This document shows, piece after piece, positions 17,622-26,197 of a stretch of 31,280 bases of DNA (positions are counted from its first letter, which is position 1; each line of letters opens with the position of its first letter). Under the pieces are notes generated by a model. It worked only from the letters and a program-made list of their open reading frames with translations. It searched no databases and had not been told where the DNA came from. Source of the stretch: Acidobacteriota bacterium (GTDB lineage Bacteria; Acidobacteriota; Terriglobia; Terriglobales; Acidobacteriaceae). The stretch is taken from contig QHVR01000403.1 in NCBI GenBank assembly GCA_003223595.1, positions 1-31,280 of the forward strand, given 5' to 3'. Position numbers and translations under genes: made by a program.

Positions 17622-17696
17622 GCCACAGATTCGCACGGATTTCACGGATCAGAATTCAAAGAGAATTGATCTCTGAAAATCCGTGAAATCCGTGGC
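17622..17696. repeat. Intergenic long inverted repeat built from CAC(A/G)GAT units
   Basis: Perfect 16-bp arms cacggatttcacggat (17634-17649) and atccgtgaaatccgtg (17679-17694), plus an extra unit gccacagat at 17622. Confidence 0.8.
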
Positions 17697-17822
17697 CAGG
17701 CTCTCAGCTCATCCAAACGTAAAGTTATGTAAAAAGGTCCGGGTCCTCTCACGGAATCCAGTACAAATGTCTGCCGGAGCGGTACATCACCGATTCTGAT
17801 CATCGGCGGAGGATTCGTCGGA

Positions 17823-20800
17823 ATGAACTACAGCCGGATTGCTATCCTTCTTGTTTTCCTCACTCCTTTTGTCGCCGCACAGAAACGTCAGCCGAACAAG
17901 CCTACTGAACCAAACATGCCGACGACTCCTACCGGCGAGCCTGCGGAGGAGAAATTCGCTCCCGAAGCGGGTGTTGTGTCCCCGCCGAAGCCAGAGCCTG
18001 CCAAGTCTCCGTTTGAAGGAATGAAGTACCGCCTCGTCGGCCCATTCCGCGGCGGACGCGTACTCGCGGTTGCGGGCGTCCCGGGTCAAGCGGATACGTA
18101 TTATTTCGGCGCGGTCGCCGGGGGCATGTGGAAGACCACAGATGGCGGCCTCAACTGGCACCCGTTGTGGGATAAGTTTTCCGAAGCGTCGCCCTCCGTC
18201 GGCGCCATCGCTATTGCGCCGTCTGATCCCAATGTCATCTACGTCGGTACCGGCGAAGCCTGCATACGGGGCAATATCGTGATGGGCAACGGCGTGTATA
18301 AGTCCACCGACGCTGGAAAAACGTGGAAGTACTCAGGCCTGCGCGACACCCACTCGATCGGCCGTATGATCGTGCATCCCAAAGATTCGAACACAATTTA
18401 TGTCGCTGCTCTCGGCCATCCGTTTGGCCCGAACACCACCCGCGGAGTCTTCCGCTCGCGCGACGGCGGCAAAACCTGGCAGCGCATCCTATATGTGGAC
18501 GACAAGACCGGAGCCATCGACATCCAGTTCGATCAATCCAATCCCAACATTATGTTCGCGGGGATGTGGCAGGCAGTGCGCAGGCCGTGGACCATGGAAT
18601 CCGGAGGCCCGGGCAGCGGGCTGTATCGTTCCGCCGACGGCGGCGACGTCTGGACCAAACTCACGGGCAAGGGCTTGCCCGAAGGCACGGTCGGACGCAT
18701 TGGGATTGCCACTACTCCCAACCCGAACCGGATATACGCGCTGATCGAGGCCGAAAAGGGTGGTCTCTTCCGCTCAGATGACGGCGGCGAGAAATGGGAA
18801 CTCATCAATGAGGATCGGCGTTACCGTCAGCGCGCCTGGTATTACACACACGTGTTCGCCGATCCCAAGAATCCCGATGTGGTTTACATCCTGAACACAG
18901 GCTCGTACCGATCGATCGATGGCGGAAAGACTTTCAACTCCATCCACACGCCGCATGGTGATAACCATGGCTTCTGGATTGATCCCAACAATCCGCGGCG
19001 TCTAATCAACGGCAACGACGGCGGGGCAACCATTTCCACCGACGGCGGCGCCAGTTGGACCACGCTCTACAACCAGCCAACGGCGCAGTTCTACCACATC
19101 GCTGCCGACAACCGATTTCCCTACTGGCTGTACGGAGCGCAGCAGGATAATTCCACGGTCGCGATTGCCACGGCGAGTGCCAGCGGCGGCATCGATCAGA
19201 GCGACTTTCACGAGGTCGGCGGCGGTGAAAGCGGCTATGTCGCTCCCGATCCCAAGGACCCCGAGATCGTTTATGCCGGTTCGTATGGCGGAGACATTAC
19301 CCGCTACGATCATCACACCGAGCAAACGCAAGCGGTCAATCCGTGGCCGCGCAACGTGATCGGCTGGGGGATGGCTGATCTGAAGCACCGTTTCCAATGG
19401 ACCGAACCTATCGTGTTCTCGCCTCACGATCCGCACACTCTTTATTACGCTGGGGAAGTTCTTTTCAAGACCACCGATCAAGGTATGAGCTGGAGCATGA
19501 TTTCCCCCGACCTCACGCGCAACGACAAATCCAAGCAAGAGCCGGCCGGAGGCCCCATTACCAAAGACAACACCGGTGTCGAGGTGTATGACACCATCTT
19601 TTCGGTAGTGGAGAGTCCCGCCCAGAAAGACCTGATCTGGGCCGGCAGCGACGATGGTCTGATTCACATCACGAAGAATGGCGGCCAGAGCTGGGACAAT
19701 GTGACGCCCAAAACTATGCCCGAGTGGGGCACCGTCAGCATGATCGAAGCCTCGCCCACAGACGCAGGCACCGCCTACGTTGCCGTCGAGCGCCACAAGT
19801 CTGACGACTTCACGCCATATATTTTCAAGACGACCGATTTCGGAAAATCCTGGACCACGCTGGTGAACGGCATTCCTAAAGACGATTACGTACATGCCGT
19901 TCGCATCGATCCTAAGCGCAAGAACCTGCTCTACGCCGGCACCGAGCGCGGGGTGTACATCAGCTTCGACGACGGCGCGAATTGGCAACCGATGCAGCTC
20001 AACCTGCCCGTGGCTCCCATCAACGACCTGATCGTCAAAGGAGATGACCTGGCGGTCGCCACGCACGGTCGCTCATTCTGGGTCTTGGATGATCTATCCC
20101 CGTTGCGCCAATGGAATGAGGGGATGAAATCGGACGACGTGCACTTGTTTACGCCCGCCGAAGCAAATCACACGACATTCTCCGGATCTTTTTTTGGCCC
20201 AAGCGGAGCCGCGGGGCAAAATCCCCCAGCCGGTGCGGTCGTCTACTACTACCTGAAAACTGAAATCAAGAAGCCCGAAGAAAAGAAAGACGAGAAGAAG
20301 GAAGAGAAGAAATCCGAATCCGCCGCCAACCCTGCTGCAGTCGACGCGCCCGGCCGCGCTGCGACCACGCCGGATGCCAACTCTTCGGGCGATAAACCCG
20401 AATCGCGGATCAAGATCGAACTCCTCGATGCGAGTGGCAAGGTAATCCGGACTTATCCTCCCAAGCACCCTCCCGCTCCCGAAGCGGATGAAGGCTTTGG
20501 CAGTCACAAGCCTGAGGAATTGCCTACCGAAGCCGGCATCAACCGCTTTGTCTGGGATCTGCACTACGAACCCGTCCCGCGTATTCCCAACTCGCCGCTC
20601 TGGGGAGGTTCCACTGAGGGCCCGCTCGCTCTTCCTGGCGACTACCAGGTGCGCCTCACGGTTGACGGCAAGTCGCAAACGCAGGCCTTCAAAATCGTGC
20701 CCGACCCTCGCCTGAAAGTCACTGCAGAAGATCTAAAGAAGCAGTTCGATTTAATGCAGCAGATTCTGGGCAAAGTCACGCAAGTGCACGACGCGGTGCG

Positions 20801-21206
20801 CCAGATCCGCGACATCCGCGCGCAGATGGCCACGCTGGATAAGCGCCTGAAAGATGAAAAGAACCCGAACGCCAAAGCCTTGGCCGACGCCGGCAAGGAT
20901 CTGGACAAGAAGATGACCACAGTCGAGGAAGCGCTGATCCAGACAAAGTCGAAGAGCGGGCAGGATGTGCTGAACTATCCCATCCGTCTCAACAACCTGC
21001 TGGTCGCGCTCGGTGGAGTCGTGTCGAGCGCCGACGCCGCCCCCACGAAGCAGGACTATGAAATGTACGATGACCTGAGCAAACAGGCTGACGAACAGTT
21101 GTCGAAGTGGAGCGAGATCGTGAAAACGGATTTGCCTGCCTACAACAAGTTAGCCCAGGAGAAAGCGATTCCTGCGGTGGGGCTAGCTCCGCAAACGGAA
21201 GAGTAA
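17823..21206 (+). CDS. VPS10/sortilin-like BNR (Asp-box) repeat beta-propeller protein, often annotated glycosyl hydrolase
   Basis: Signal peptide; GPFRGGR; repeated S/T-x-D-G-G-x-x-W Asp boxes; HGDNH; GAQQDNS; C-terminal coiled region; GGAGG SD. Confidence 0.9.
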   Translation: MNYSRIAILLVFLTPFVAAQKRQPNKPTEPNMPTTPTGEPAEEKFAPEAGVVSPPKPEPAKSPFEGMKYRLVGPFRGGRVLAVAGVPGQADTYYFGAVAGGMWKTTDGGLNWHPLWDKFSEASPSVGAIAIAPSDPNVIYVGTGEACIRGNIVMGNGVYKSTDAGKTWKYSGLRDTHSIGRMIVHPKDSNTIYVAALGHPFGPNTTRGVFRSRDGGKTWQRILYVDDKTGAIDIQFDQSNPNIMFAGMWQAVRRPWTMESGGPGSGLYRSADGGDVWTKLTGKGLPEGTVGRIGIATTPNPNRIYALIEAEKGGLFRSDDGGEKWELINEDRRYRQRAWYYTHVFADPKNPDVVYILNTGSYRSIDGGKTFNSIHTPHGDNHGFWIDPNNPRRLINGNDGGATISTDGGASWTTLYNQPTAQFYHIAADNRFPYWLYGAQQDNSTVAIATASASGGIDQSDFHEVGGGESGYVAPDPKDPEIVYAGSYGGDITRYDHHTEQTQAVNPWPRNVIGWGMADLKHRFQWTEPIVFSPHDPHTLYYAGEVLFKTTDQGMSWSMISPDLTRNDKSKQEPAGGPITKDNTGVEVYDTIFSVVESPAQKDLIWAGSDDGLIHITKNGGQSWDNVTPKTMPEWGTVSMIEASPTDAGTAYVAVERHKSDDFTPYIFKTTDFGKSWTTLVNGIPKDDYVHAVRIDPKRKNLLYAGTERGVYISFDDGANWQPMQLNLPVAPINDLIVKGDDLAVATHGRSFWVLDDLSPLRQWNEGMKSDDVHLFTPAEANHTTFSGSFFGPSGAAGQNPPAGAVVYYYLKTEIKKPEEKKDEKKEEKKSESAANPAAVDAPGRAATTPDANSSGDKPESRIKIELLDASGKVIRTYPPKHPPAPEADEGFGSHKPEELPTEAGINRFVWDLHYEPVPRIPNSPLWGGSTEGPLALPGDYQVRLTVDGKSQTQAFKIVPDPRLKVTAEDLKKQFDLMQQILGKVTQVHDAVRQIRDIRAQMATLDKRLKDEKNPNAKALADAGKDLDKKMTTVEEALIQTKSKSGQDVLNYPIRLNNLLVALGGVVSSADAAPTKQDYEMYDDLSKQADEQLSKWSEIVKTDLPAYNKLAQEKAIPAVGLAPQTEE

Positions 21207-21211
21207 GGCGT

Positions 21212-21243
21212 TGAGGAGCAGGGTTTGTGAGGCCTGCTCCTCA
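21212..21243. terminator. Hairpin between convergent genes
   Basis: Perfect 11-bp stem tgaggagcagg/cctgctcctca with a 10-nt loop. Confidence 0.65.
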
Positions 21244-21259
21244 GCTGAATCTGGCGCGA

Positions 21260-21643
21260 TCACGCCTCCGCTTTCACGCGGTCTGCTAAACGCTTGGGCG
21301 CGAGGAGCGTGTAGCTGCCAAGCAAGAGTTCTCTGACTTCGTCCCAGTCAATCTTGCCCACGTCCAGCCGCAGCGCTACCCAGCCTCTCGAGGCGACGTA
21401 GGCCGGGAGATAAAATCTATCGGGCTGAGCCTCGACCAGTGCCTTGTTGTCGCCCGGCAAAACCTTTCCGGTGACTGCGACGATGCCATCGCCATGATGA
21501 TCATCGAGGAAGTATGAGAACGTCTTCTTGCGTACGAGGAACTGGGCGTGTGATCCGTAGATCTGGCGAGTGACGTCTGGAAGAGCAAGCGCAATTTCGG
21601 TGACGCGCGTGAGCCGAGGGTCTTCGGCGGATGGCTTCGGCAT
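21260..21643 (-). CDS. MmcQ/YjbR family protein
   Basis: FLVRKKTF, RFYLPAYVASRGWVALRL and WDEVRELLLGSY...APKRL. Confidence 0.88.
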   Translation of the reverse strand: MPKPSAEDPRLTRVTEIALALPDVTRQIYGSHAQFLVRKKTFSYFLDDHHGDGIVAVTGKVLPGDNKALVEAQPDRFYLPAYVASRGWVALRLDVGKIDWDEVRELLLGSYTLLAPKRLADRVKAEA

Positions 21644-21712
21644 GCTGTCCCCTTAGACGCTGGGTATGATATCTCAAGCGGTAAGGTGGTGGCGCATGGT
21701 GAGCGCTAATCC

Positions 21713-22585
21713 TCACCCAACGAGCTTCATGGCCGAGCGCACAACCGGTTCGGCCGGTTCGGCCGAGCGGCGGCTTGGCTTTTTCTTGCCGAATACTCCG
21801 AAATAACGTTTGCGCAACTTTTCGGCTTGCGAGAGAGCCGACTCGAATTTGTCGCGAGTCGTTGATTTCAGATGTTGCATGAGCTTGCACTGAGCTCCAT
21901 GATCGAGAACCTTGTCCGCAATATTGACCAGCTCTTCCCAGTCATGCCACTCGCCAATTGCGCCTTTGACCGTTGCCAGGGCAGCAATCAAATCCTGATC
22001 AGCGGCATCGGCCAATCGAAGTACGTTTTGCAGTTCCTTTACTTGCAGCCGGAAAGGATGCAAGTTGGAGTGGTCGAGCCTTGGAATAGAGCCCAGCTCC
22101 GAAGCTAGCTTGAGCGCCGAAGAGGACGGGTCGGCGAGGAGTGTTTTCTTGTCCTCAATACTTTCTTCTTTCCGGCCCAGCTCTCGCTGCACCTGCTTCA
22201 AACGTCGCCTTAGTTTAGTGCCATCCTGTCGAGAAGCCGAATGAAATTTTCTGGCGTACTTGTGGCGTCGTGCTCCGAGGTGTTCCAGCAGCTGAACCGC
22301 GCAGTCCTGCTCAGCATCTTCGGCGTGGACGCTCGCCGCATAGGTGGTGAGTATATCCATGTCCCTGATTTTCCCTGCGCGCTTGCGAAGCCGGGAAAGA
22401 GGCTTAAGGACGCGTCGTCCGAGGCCGCTATTCTCGAGCCCGAAGGCTTGCAGCGTGGCTTCCATTTTCCGCGAGTTTGTTCGAAAATCGTGCACCTGCT
22501 CGGGCGTGGGTCTTGCCGACATGTTCTTAAGGAGCTTGCGAAGCTTGCCCGGGGGTTTTTGAACTCTCTTGAAATCAAGGGCCAT
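21713..22585 (-). CDS. CHAD-domain protein (polyphosphate-binding family)
   Basis: VHDFRTNSRK, RKRAGKIRDMD, LHPFRLQVKEL and GEWHDW. Start moved to ATG 22585, which has an AGGAG SD. Confidence 0.88.
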   Translation of the reverse strand: MALDFKRVQKPPGKLRKLLKNMSARPTPEQVHDFRTNSRKMEATLQAFGLENSGLGRRVLKPLSRLRKRAGKIRDMDILTTYAASVHAEDAEQDCAVQLLEHLGARRHKYARKFHSASRQDGTKLRRRLKQVQRELGRKEESIEDKKTLLADPSSSALKLASELGSIPRLDHSNLHPFRLQVKELQNVLRLADAADQDLIAALATVKGAIGEWHDWEELVNIADKVLDHGAQCKLMQHLKSTTRDKFESALSQAEKLRKRYFGVFGKKKPSRRSAEPAEPVVRSAMKLVG

Positions 22586-22655
22586 GAGTTGCTCCTGGCC
22601 AGACGAATTGTTTCGCGCTTCAGCAGAGTGCGCGACCGGTCCCATTTGTTTTTTT

Positions 22656-22680
22656 GGATGCGGGGAAAAAGTGGAGGTTG
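22656..22680 (-). promoter_or_regulatory. Putative alternative-sigma (ECF-like) promoter CAACC-N15-CATCC upstream of the CHAD gene
   Basis: Same bipartite motif found at 28442-28467 (-) and 28533-28557 (+). Confidence 0.5.
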
Positions 22681-22761
22681 TCGCGCAAAGGGAGAACGCG
22701 GACGCCGTGCGAGAGTGAATTCGGCTACACACTCCTGCTGCGAGGGGCAGGCTCTGGAGCT

Positions 22762-23097
22762 TTAGAAACGCGGGTTGCTGCGGGGCGTATCCGGCTCACG
22801 GCGAAACCGGCGCGGCCAGGATTCATCCTGGGTTCTCCGCGCGGTGCCTTTTCGGCAAACTGCCAGAGCTCGCAACGCGAGCGACGCATGGTTAAGGGCG
22901 CGCAACTCCGGTGACAGCATACGCGAGTTGAACAGTTCCACTTCGCGTGCTGCGATCAGCCGCTCGGCCAATACTATGCGCATTTCAATCAGAGCCGGAT
23001 TCGACTCGAACAGGGCGGACATATACGTGCGATACCAGGGTTCCGAGCGATACAGTGCTTCGCGTCTCAGGGGTGCAGATCCATTTTCTAGTCCCAC
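22762..23097 (-). CDS. Small helical hypothetical protein (paralog B)
   Basis: WYRTYMSALFE...RIVLAERLIAAREVEL...ELRALNHASLAL aligns with the upstream gene; the two overlap by 10 nt. Confidence 0.75.
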   Translation of the reverse strand: MGLENGSAPLRREALYRSEPWYRTYMSALFESNPALIEMRIVLAERLIAAREVELFNSRMLSPELRALNHASLALRALAVCRKGTARRTQDESWPRRFRREPDTPRSNPRF

Positions 23098-23360
23098 AGC
23101 AGGCCCCCGCTCTCGGTATTCATATACATCAGAAGAATGCCAAGGTAAGTCAGCGCGTGAAGTATATCTTGTGCCTCGCGCGGGCTGCTCGGGGCAACCT
23201 GGCGGAGTTCGATGGTGCGATTTTCGATGGCGTGCCGTGCCCGCTCAATCTCAAGCAGCGCTTGACTTCGATCCCGCTCCACCATGGCATCGAAATACGC
23301 CTTGTACCAAGCTGGCTGTGCGCATCGTGGAGTTGGGCCGGTTTCCGATTTGGATTGCAT
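23088..23360 (-). CDS. Small helical hypothetical protein (paralog A)
   Basis: WYKAYFDAMVE...EIERARHAIENRTIEL...EAQDILHALTYL shares its motif with paralog B. Confidence 0.78.
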   Translation of the reverse strand: MQSKSETGPTPRCAQPAWYKAYFDAMVERDRSQALLEIERARHAIENRTIELRQVAPSSPREAQDILHALTYLGILLMYMNTESGGLLWD

Positions 23361-23377
23361 AACGAATCTCGGAGAGA

Positions 23378-23399
23378 CAAACCCAAAAGCATGGGTTTG
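23378..23399. promoter_or_regulatory. Operator-like palindrome CAAACCCA-N6-TGGGTTTG
   Basis: Perfect 8-bp inverted repeat ending 17 nt upstream of the paralog A start codon. Confidence 0.4.
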
Positions 23400-23460
23400 C
23401 GGCTTGATCAGTTAATAAGAAGGGCTTCAGTCGGACAATACAGAAAAACACGTAGCGGAA

Positions 23461-23484
23461 CAGCTATAACGTTGGCGATAACTG
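23461..23484. promoter_or_regulatory. Operator-like imperfect palindrome CAGCTAT-N10-ATAACTG
   Basis: 6 of 7 positions match as an inverted repeat; lies between the XRE gene stop and paralog A. Confidence 0.3.
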
Positions 23485-23513
23485 AGCTTGGTCCGTTGGA
23501 TTTTGCCGCAGCT

Positions 23514-24329
23514 TCACGGAGCGCCCGCAATCCACCACAACACTTTTCCAACAACGCGCAATCCGCCGGATTTGCTGAGCACGAAGGATTCATACTCGCG
23601 ATTCTCGGCCTCAAGCATCTCCAGCGTGTCATAGCGGCGAAGGCGGGACACGCTCAAGCCATGACCGTGGCTGGAAACGATCACGAGCTTTCCACAAAGC
23701 TGGTCGCGTTCGGTTTGAAACGAATCGACGGCAATAAGATCGCCCTGATGGATCAGCGGTTCCATCGAATGACCCTTCACCCGCAGCAAGCTGGTGTAGG
23801 CCGGATTCGGGCACCATGAGGCAGGAACGCCGATCATTTCTGCAACTGGCATTGTTCTTAAGCTGCGATGATCTCCGTCGGCGCCATGCGTTCCCACCAC
23901 CCCCTTCAAGAGGGGAATGCCAATGACTTGGGGCAGCTTCTGATCGATACCCGTAGTTGCGGGATGAACTAATTCCAGCGCGGGAGCTTCCGTGCGTTTC
24001 TTACGCGAACTGCCGCCCAGTGCGTGTACCATTTTTGCCGGTTGGATCCCCGCTTTCTCCCAGAAGAACCAAGCCTCGGTCTTGTCCCCTAAATTTCCCA
24101 GCTGAATGAAGTGCTCGGCTGAGGGTTGGAGCAAGCCTCGCTCCCAGCGCGAAATTGTCATGGCGGAGCATTCCATTCGGCGCGCCAGTTCGGCCTGATT
24201 GATGGTCAGGTGCTCGCGAAGTGCCGTGATCTGGGTGGCCCACTCGGGAAGCGAGTTGGCCCTGCCTTTCTTCTTCATGACGCTGTCAACCATGATACCT
24301 TTGCGGCCGCAAGGCCCGAAGCTCATCAC
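23514..24329 (-). CDS. XRE-family HTH + S24 (LexA/CI-like) transcriptional regulator, catalytic Lys absent
   Basis: LREHLTINQAELARRMECSAMTISRWERG is an XRE HTH. The S24 fold reads LLRVKGHSMEP...GDLIAVD...LSVSRL...LEAEN...VVGKV. GGGGAG SD lies before GTG 24329/ATG 24326. Confidence 0.9.
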   Translation of the reverse strand: MMSFGPCGRKGIMVDSVMKKKGRANSLPEWATQITALREHLTINQAELARRMECSAMTISRWERGLLQPSAEHFIQLGNLGDKTEAWFFWEKAGIQPAKMVHALGGSSRKKRTEAPALELVHPATTGIDQKLPQVIGIPLLKGVVGTHGADGDHRSLRTMPVAEMIGVPASWCPNPAYTSLLRVKGHSMEPLIHQGDLIAVDSFQTERDQLCGKLVIVSSHGHGLSVSRLRRYDTLEMLEAENREYESFVLSKSGGLRVVGKVLWWIAGAP

Positions 24330-24354
24330 GCCTGCTCCCCGCCGGGCTCAGGAG

Positions 24355-24382
24355 AGTATACTGCCGGGAATCAAGCTGGCAA
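24355..24382 (-). promoter_or_regulatory. Sigma-70 promoter of the XRE-S24 gene
   Basis: TTGCCA-N16-TATACT on the minus strand, 25 nt upstream of GTG 24329. Confidence 0.65.
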
Positions 24383-24433
24383 TACGGATTCTGCTGAAAA
24401 CCGGGGGCCCTCGACGGGTAAAACACGACTCAT

Positions 24434-24883
24434 ATGCCTAAGTATGTCATTCAAAGCAAGCGCGGTGCGCCTCCGCAAGGGGCGTATTCACAAGGGTGGC
24501 GCGCCGGAGATTTTGTCTTCGTGACCGGGACCGGCCCAGTTGATCCCGTTACCGGCAAGCTGGTGGGGGACACCATTGAGCAGCAGACTGAACAGACCAT
24601 CGATAACCTGGCTGCGATCCTGGGGGCTGACGGGGCGACACTTTCGGACATTGTGAAGATGACTGTGCACCTTAGCGATACAAGCCTGTTTGCTCGTTAC
24701 AACCAGGTCTATGCGCGTCGATTGTCGCGACCGTACCCGGTGCGAACCACGGTGGGCAGCGATCTCGGGCACTCGCCGGGGATGCTGATCGAGATGGATT
24801 GCGTCGCGTACAGCGTTCAAAAAACCAAGAAAGCATCAGGCCGGAACCGGCTACGTCCGAAAGCACGGAAGAAATCGAAGTGA
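24434..24883 (+). CDS. RidA/YjgF/YER057c family enamine/imine deaminase
   Basis: GAYSQG, FVFVTGTGP, IVKMTVHL, PVRTTV (catalytic Arg position) and LIEMDCVA. Confidence 0.9.
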   Translation: MPKYVIQSKRGAPPQGAYSQGWRAGDFVFVTGTGPVDPVTGKLVGDTIEQQTEQTIDNLAAILGADGATLSDIVKMTVHLSDTSLFARYNQVYARRLSRPYPVRTTVGSDLGHSPGMLIEMDCVAYSVQKTKKASGRNRLRPKARKKSK

Positions 24884-24931
24884 GATTTCGCCGAAGGTCT
24901 GCAGAGTGGAGCCATCGCGGGCCGGATTCGA

Positions 24932-26098
24932 TCATCGGCGGTTCGGAACTTCTTGTTGCTGCAGGAGCGGCATTTCCCGACCGCGGGCCGAAACCTTTTC
25001 CACTGACTGAATCTCGCCTTTCCGCACCAATAGGGCGGTATCGAAGTTATTGACGGTTGGGCACACGTGCCGCGGAATAAGATAGAGAACCTCGCCTATG
25101 TCCGGTACCGGTCCGGACTTCACCTGCATCGGAAGGTGCTCCTCGCTGGGGCCGATGGGTGTCAACTCCGGATGGCCCATAACGACGCAGGTGGGGACTC
25201 CGGCATCGGCAGAAACCGATTTGTGCCCGGCATCGCAAGTGACGATGCCTGTGGAGGGGTGACTCACGAGACGCGTCACGACCACAGCGGCGGGAGCATA
25301 GCCGTACTCGGCGGGCAATTGTGCCATGCTCGTTGCGTCACAGTACACAATGGTGCCGGGGGAGATCCGGTGTACAAACGGAGCGTCGCGGAAACCTTCG
25401 TAGCTGAGCGAGCACGGGAACGTGGGTGTCCCCGCTGTGATCAGCTCCGGGATTTGGAAGTCATTTCGCGCAGCCTCCGTCACCAATTGCATCAGGCGAT
25501 CGTAGCCGGCGTGCGCAGCACGGGTTCGCTGCGGTTCGTCCTCGTGCCCAAATTGCCCATCGTAATAATGTAAGCCGCGAAACTCCAGCTTGGCCCGGCG
25601 CATCGTGCGAATGAGTTCAACCACCTCAGAGTTGTTGCCCTGCTCGATTCCCGTGCGGTTCATGCCGGGATTGATGTCGAGAAAAATTCCGACTTGGCTG
25701 CCGATCCATTGTCGGATTTGCTGCTCGTTTTCTGCCAGTACGGAAATCCGAACCTGGCGAAAGCGATCTGCGATTTCACGTACCCGCTGGGCATTTGCAC
25801 CCATGACGGGATACGCGACGAGAACGTCGTTCGCGCCGTTTTCACACGCGGTCAGCAGTTCGAGAGTGGTGGCGCATTTGAAATTGCGGACGCCACAATC
25901 CAGCAACGCGTGCAGGGTGTAGGCGAGCTTGGCGGTCTTGATGTGGGCACGCCAGCGGTCTGGATTTGCATCGAGCAGGTCCAATGTGTGGGCCACATTG
26001 GACGCGATGACATCGGGATAGAGCACCAGAGCAGGGGTAAGCACGTGCTCGAGATCCGAGACACCGTAGCGGTCGTTCCAGGGGAAATCGCTGATCAT
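24932..26098 (-). CDS. Fold-type III PLP enzyme, D-threonine aldolase / D-serine dehydratase (DSD1) family
   Basis: LTPALVL, RAHIKTAK (PLP Lys), MNRTG, AGTPTF, DAGHKSVSAD, SEEH and PRHVCPTVN. Start placed at ATG 26098. Confidence 0.88.
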   Translation of the reverse strand: MISDFPWNDRYGVSDLEHVLTPALVLYPDVIASNVAHTLDLLDANPDRWRAHIKTAKLAYTLHALLDCGVRNFKCATTLELLTACENGANDVLVAYPVMGANAQRVREIADRFRQVRISVLAENEQQIRQWIGSQVGIFLDINPGMNRTGIEQGNNSEVVELIRTMRRAKLEFRGLHYYDGQFGHEDEPQRTRAAHAGYDRLMQLVTEAARNDFQIPELITAGTPTFPCSLSYEGFRDAPFVHRISPGTIVYCDATSMAQLPAEYGYAPAAVVVTRLVSHPSTGIVTCDAGHKSVSADAGVPTCVVMGHPELTPIGPSEEHLPMQVKSGPVPDIGEVLYLIPRHVCPTVNNFDTALLVRKGEIQSVEKVSARGREMPLLQQQEVPNRR

Positions 26099-26155
26099 TG
26101 ACTTGTGTGCACTCACAGTTGTCGATGATACGCCGGGAGCCGAGGGCGGACCAGG

Positions 26156-26184
26156 TTGACCCACTCGGCCCTGGAGAGTAGGCT
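26156..26184 (+). promoter_or_regulatory. Sigma-70 promoter of the permease
   Basis: TTGACC-N17-TAGGCT. It supports ATG 26198 as the start; the track's TTG 26156 is the -35 box itself. Confidence 0.65.
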
Positions 26185-26197
26185 CTCAATTCTTGCC

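Noticed and set aside
17622-17696. CRISPR-like repeats
   Set aside because: The units are 9-10 bp, inverted, and lack unique 30-40 bp spacers; no cas genes.
19002-20066. 354-aa minus-strand ORF (also 11399-12217, 13799-14404 and 9777-10361)
   Set aside because: Each lies antisense to a well-supported gene; long shadow ORFs are expected at this GC content.
20270-20315. Purine-rich repeat-like stretch in the VPS10 gene
   Set aside because: It simply encodes a Lys/Glu low-complexity linker (KKPEEKKDEKKEEKKSE).
23444-23462. Possible LexA box (GTTC-N7-GTTC type reported for Acidobacterium) upstream of the paralog pair
   Set aside because: The minus strand reads GTTC-cgctacg-TGTT; the second half-site does not match at the required spacing.
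22947-23819. 290-aa plus-strand ORF spanning the paralog pair and the XRE gene end
   Set aside because: It overlaps three better-supported minus-strand genes and has no domain signature.
23514-24329. Prophage immunity region suggested by the CI-like gene
   Set aside because: No integrase, divergent cro, or structural or replication genes; the flanks are ordinary chromosomal genes.
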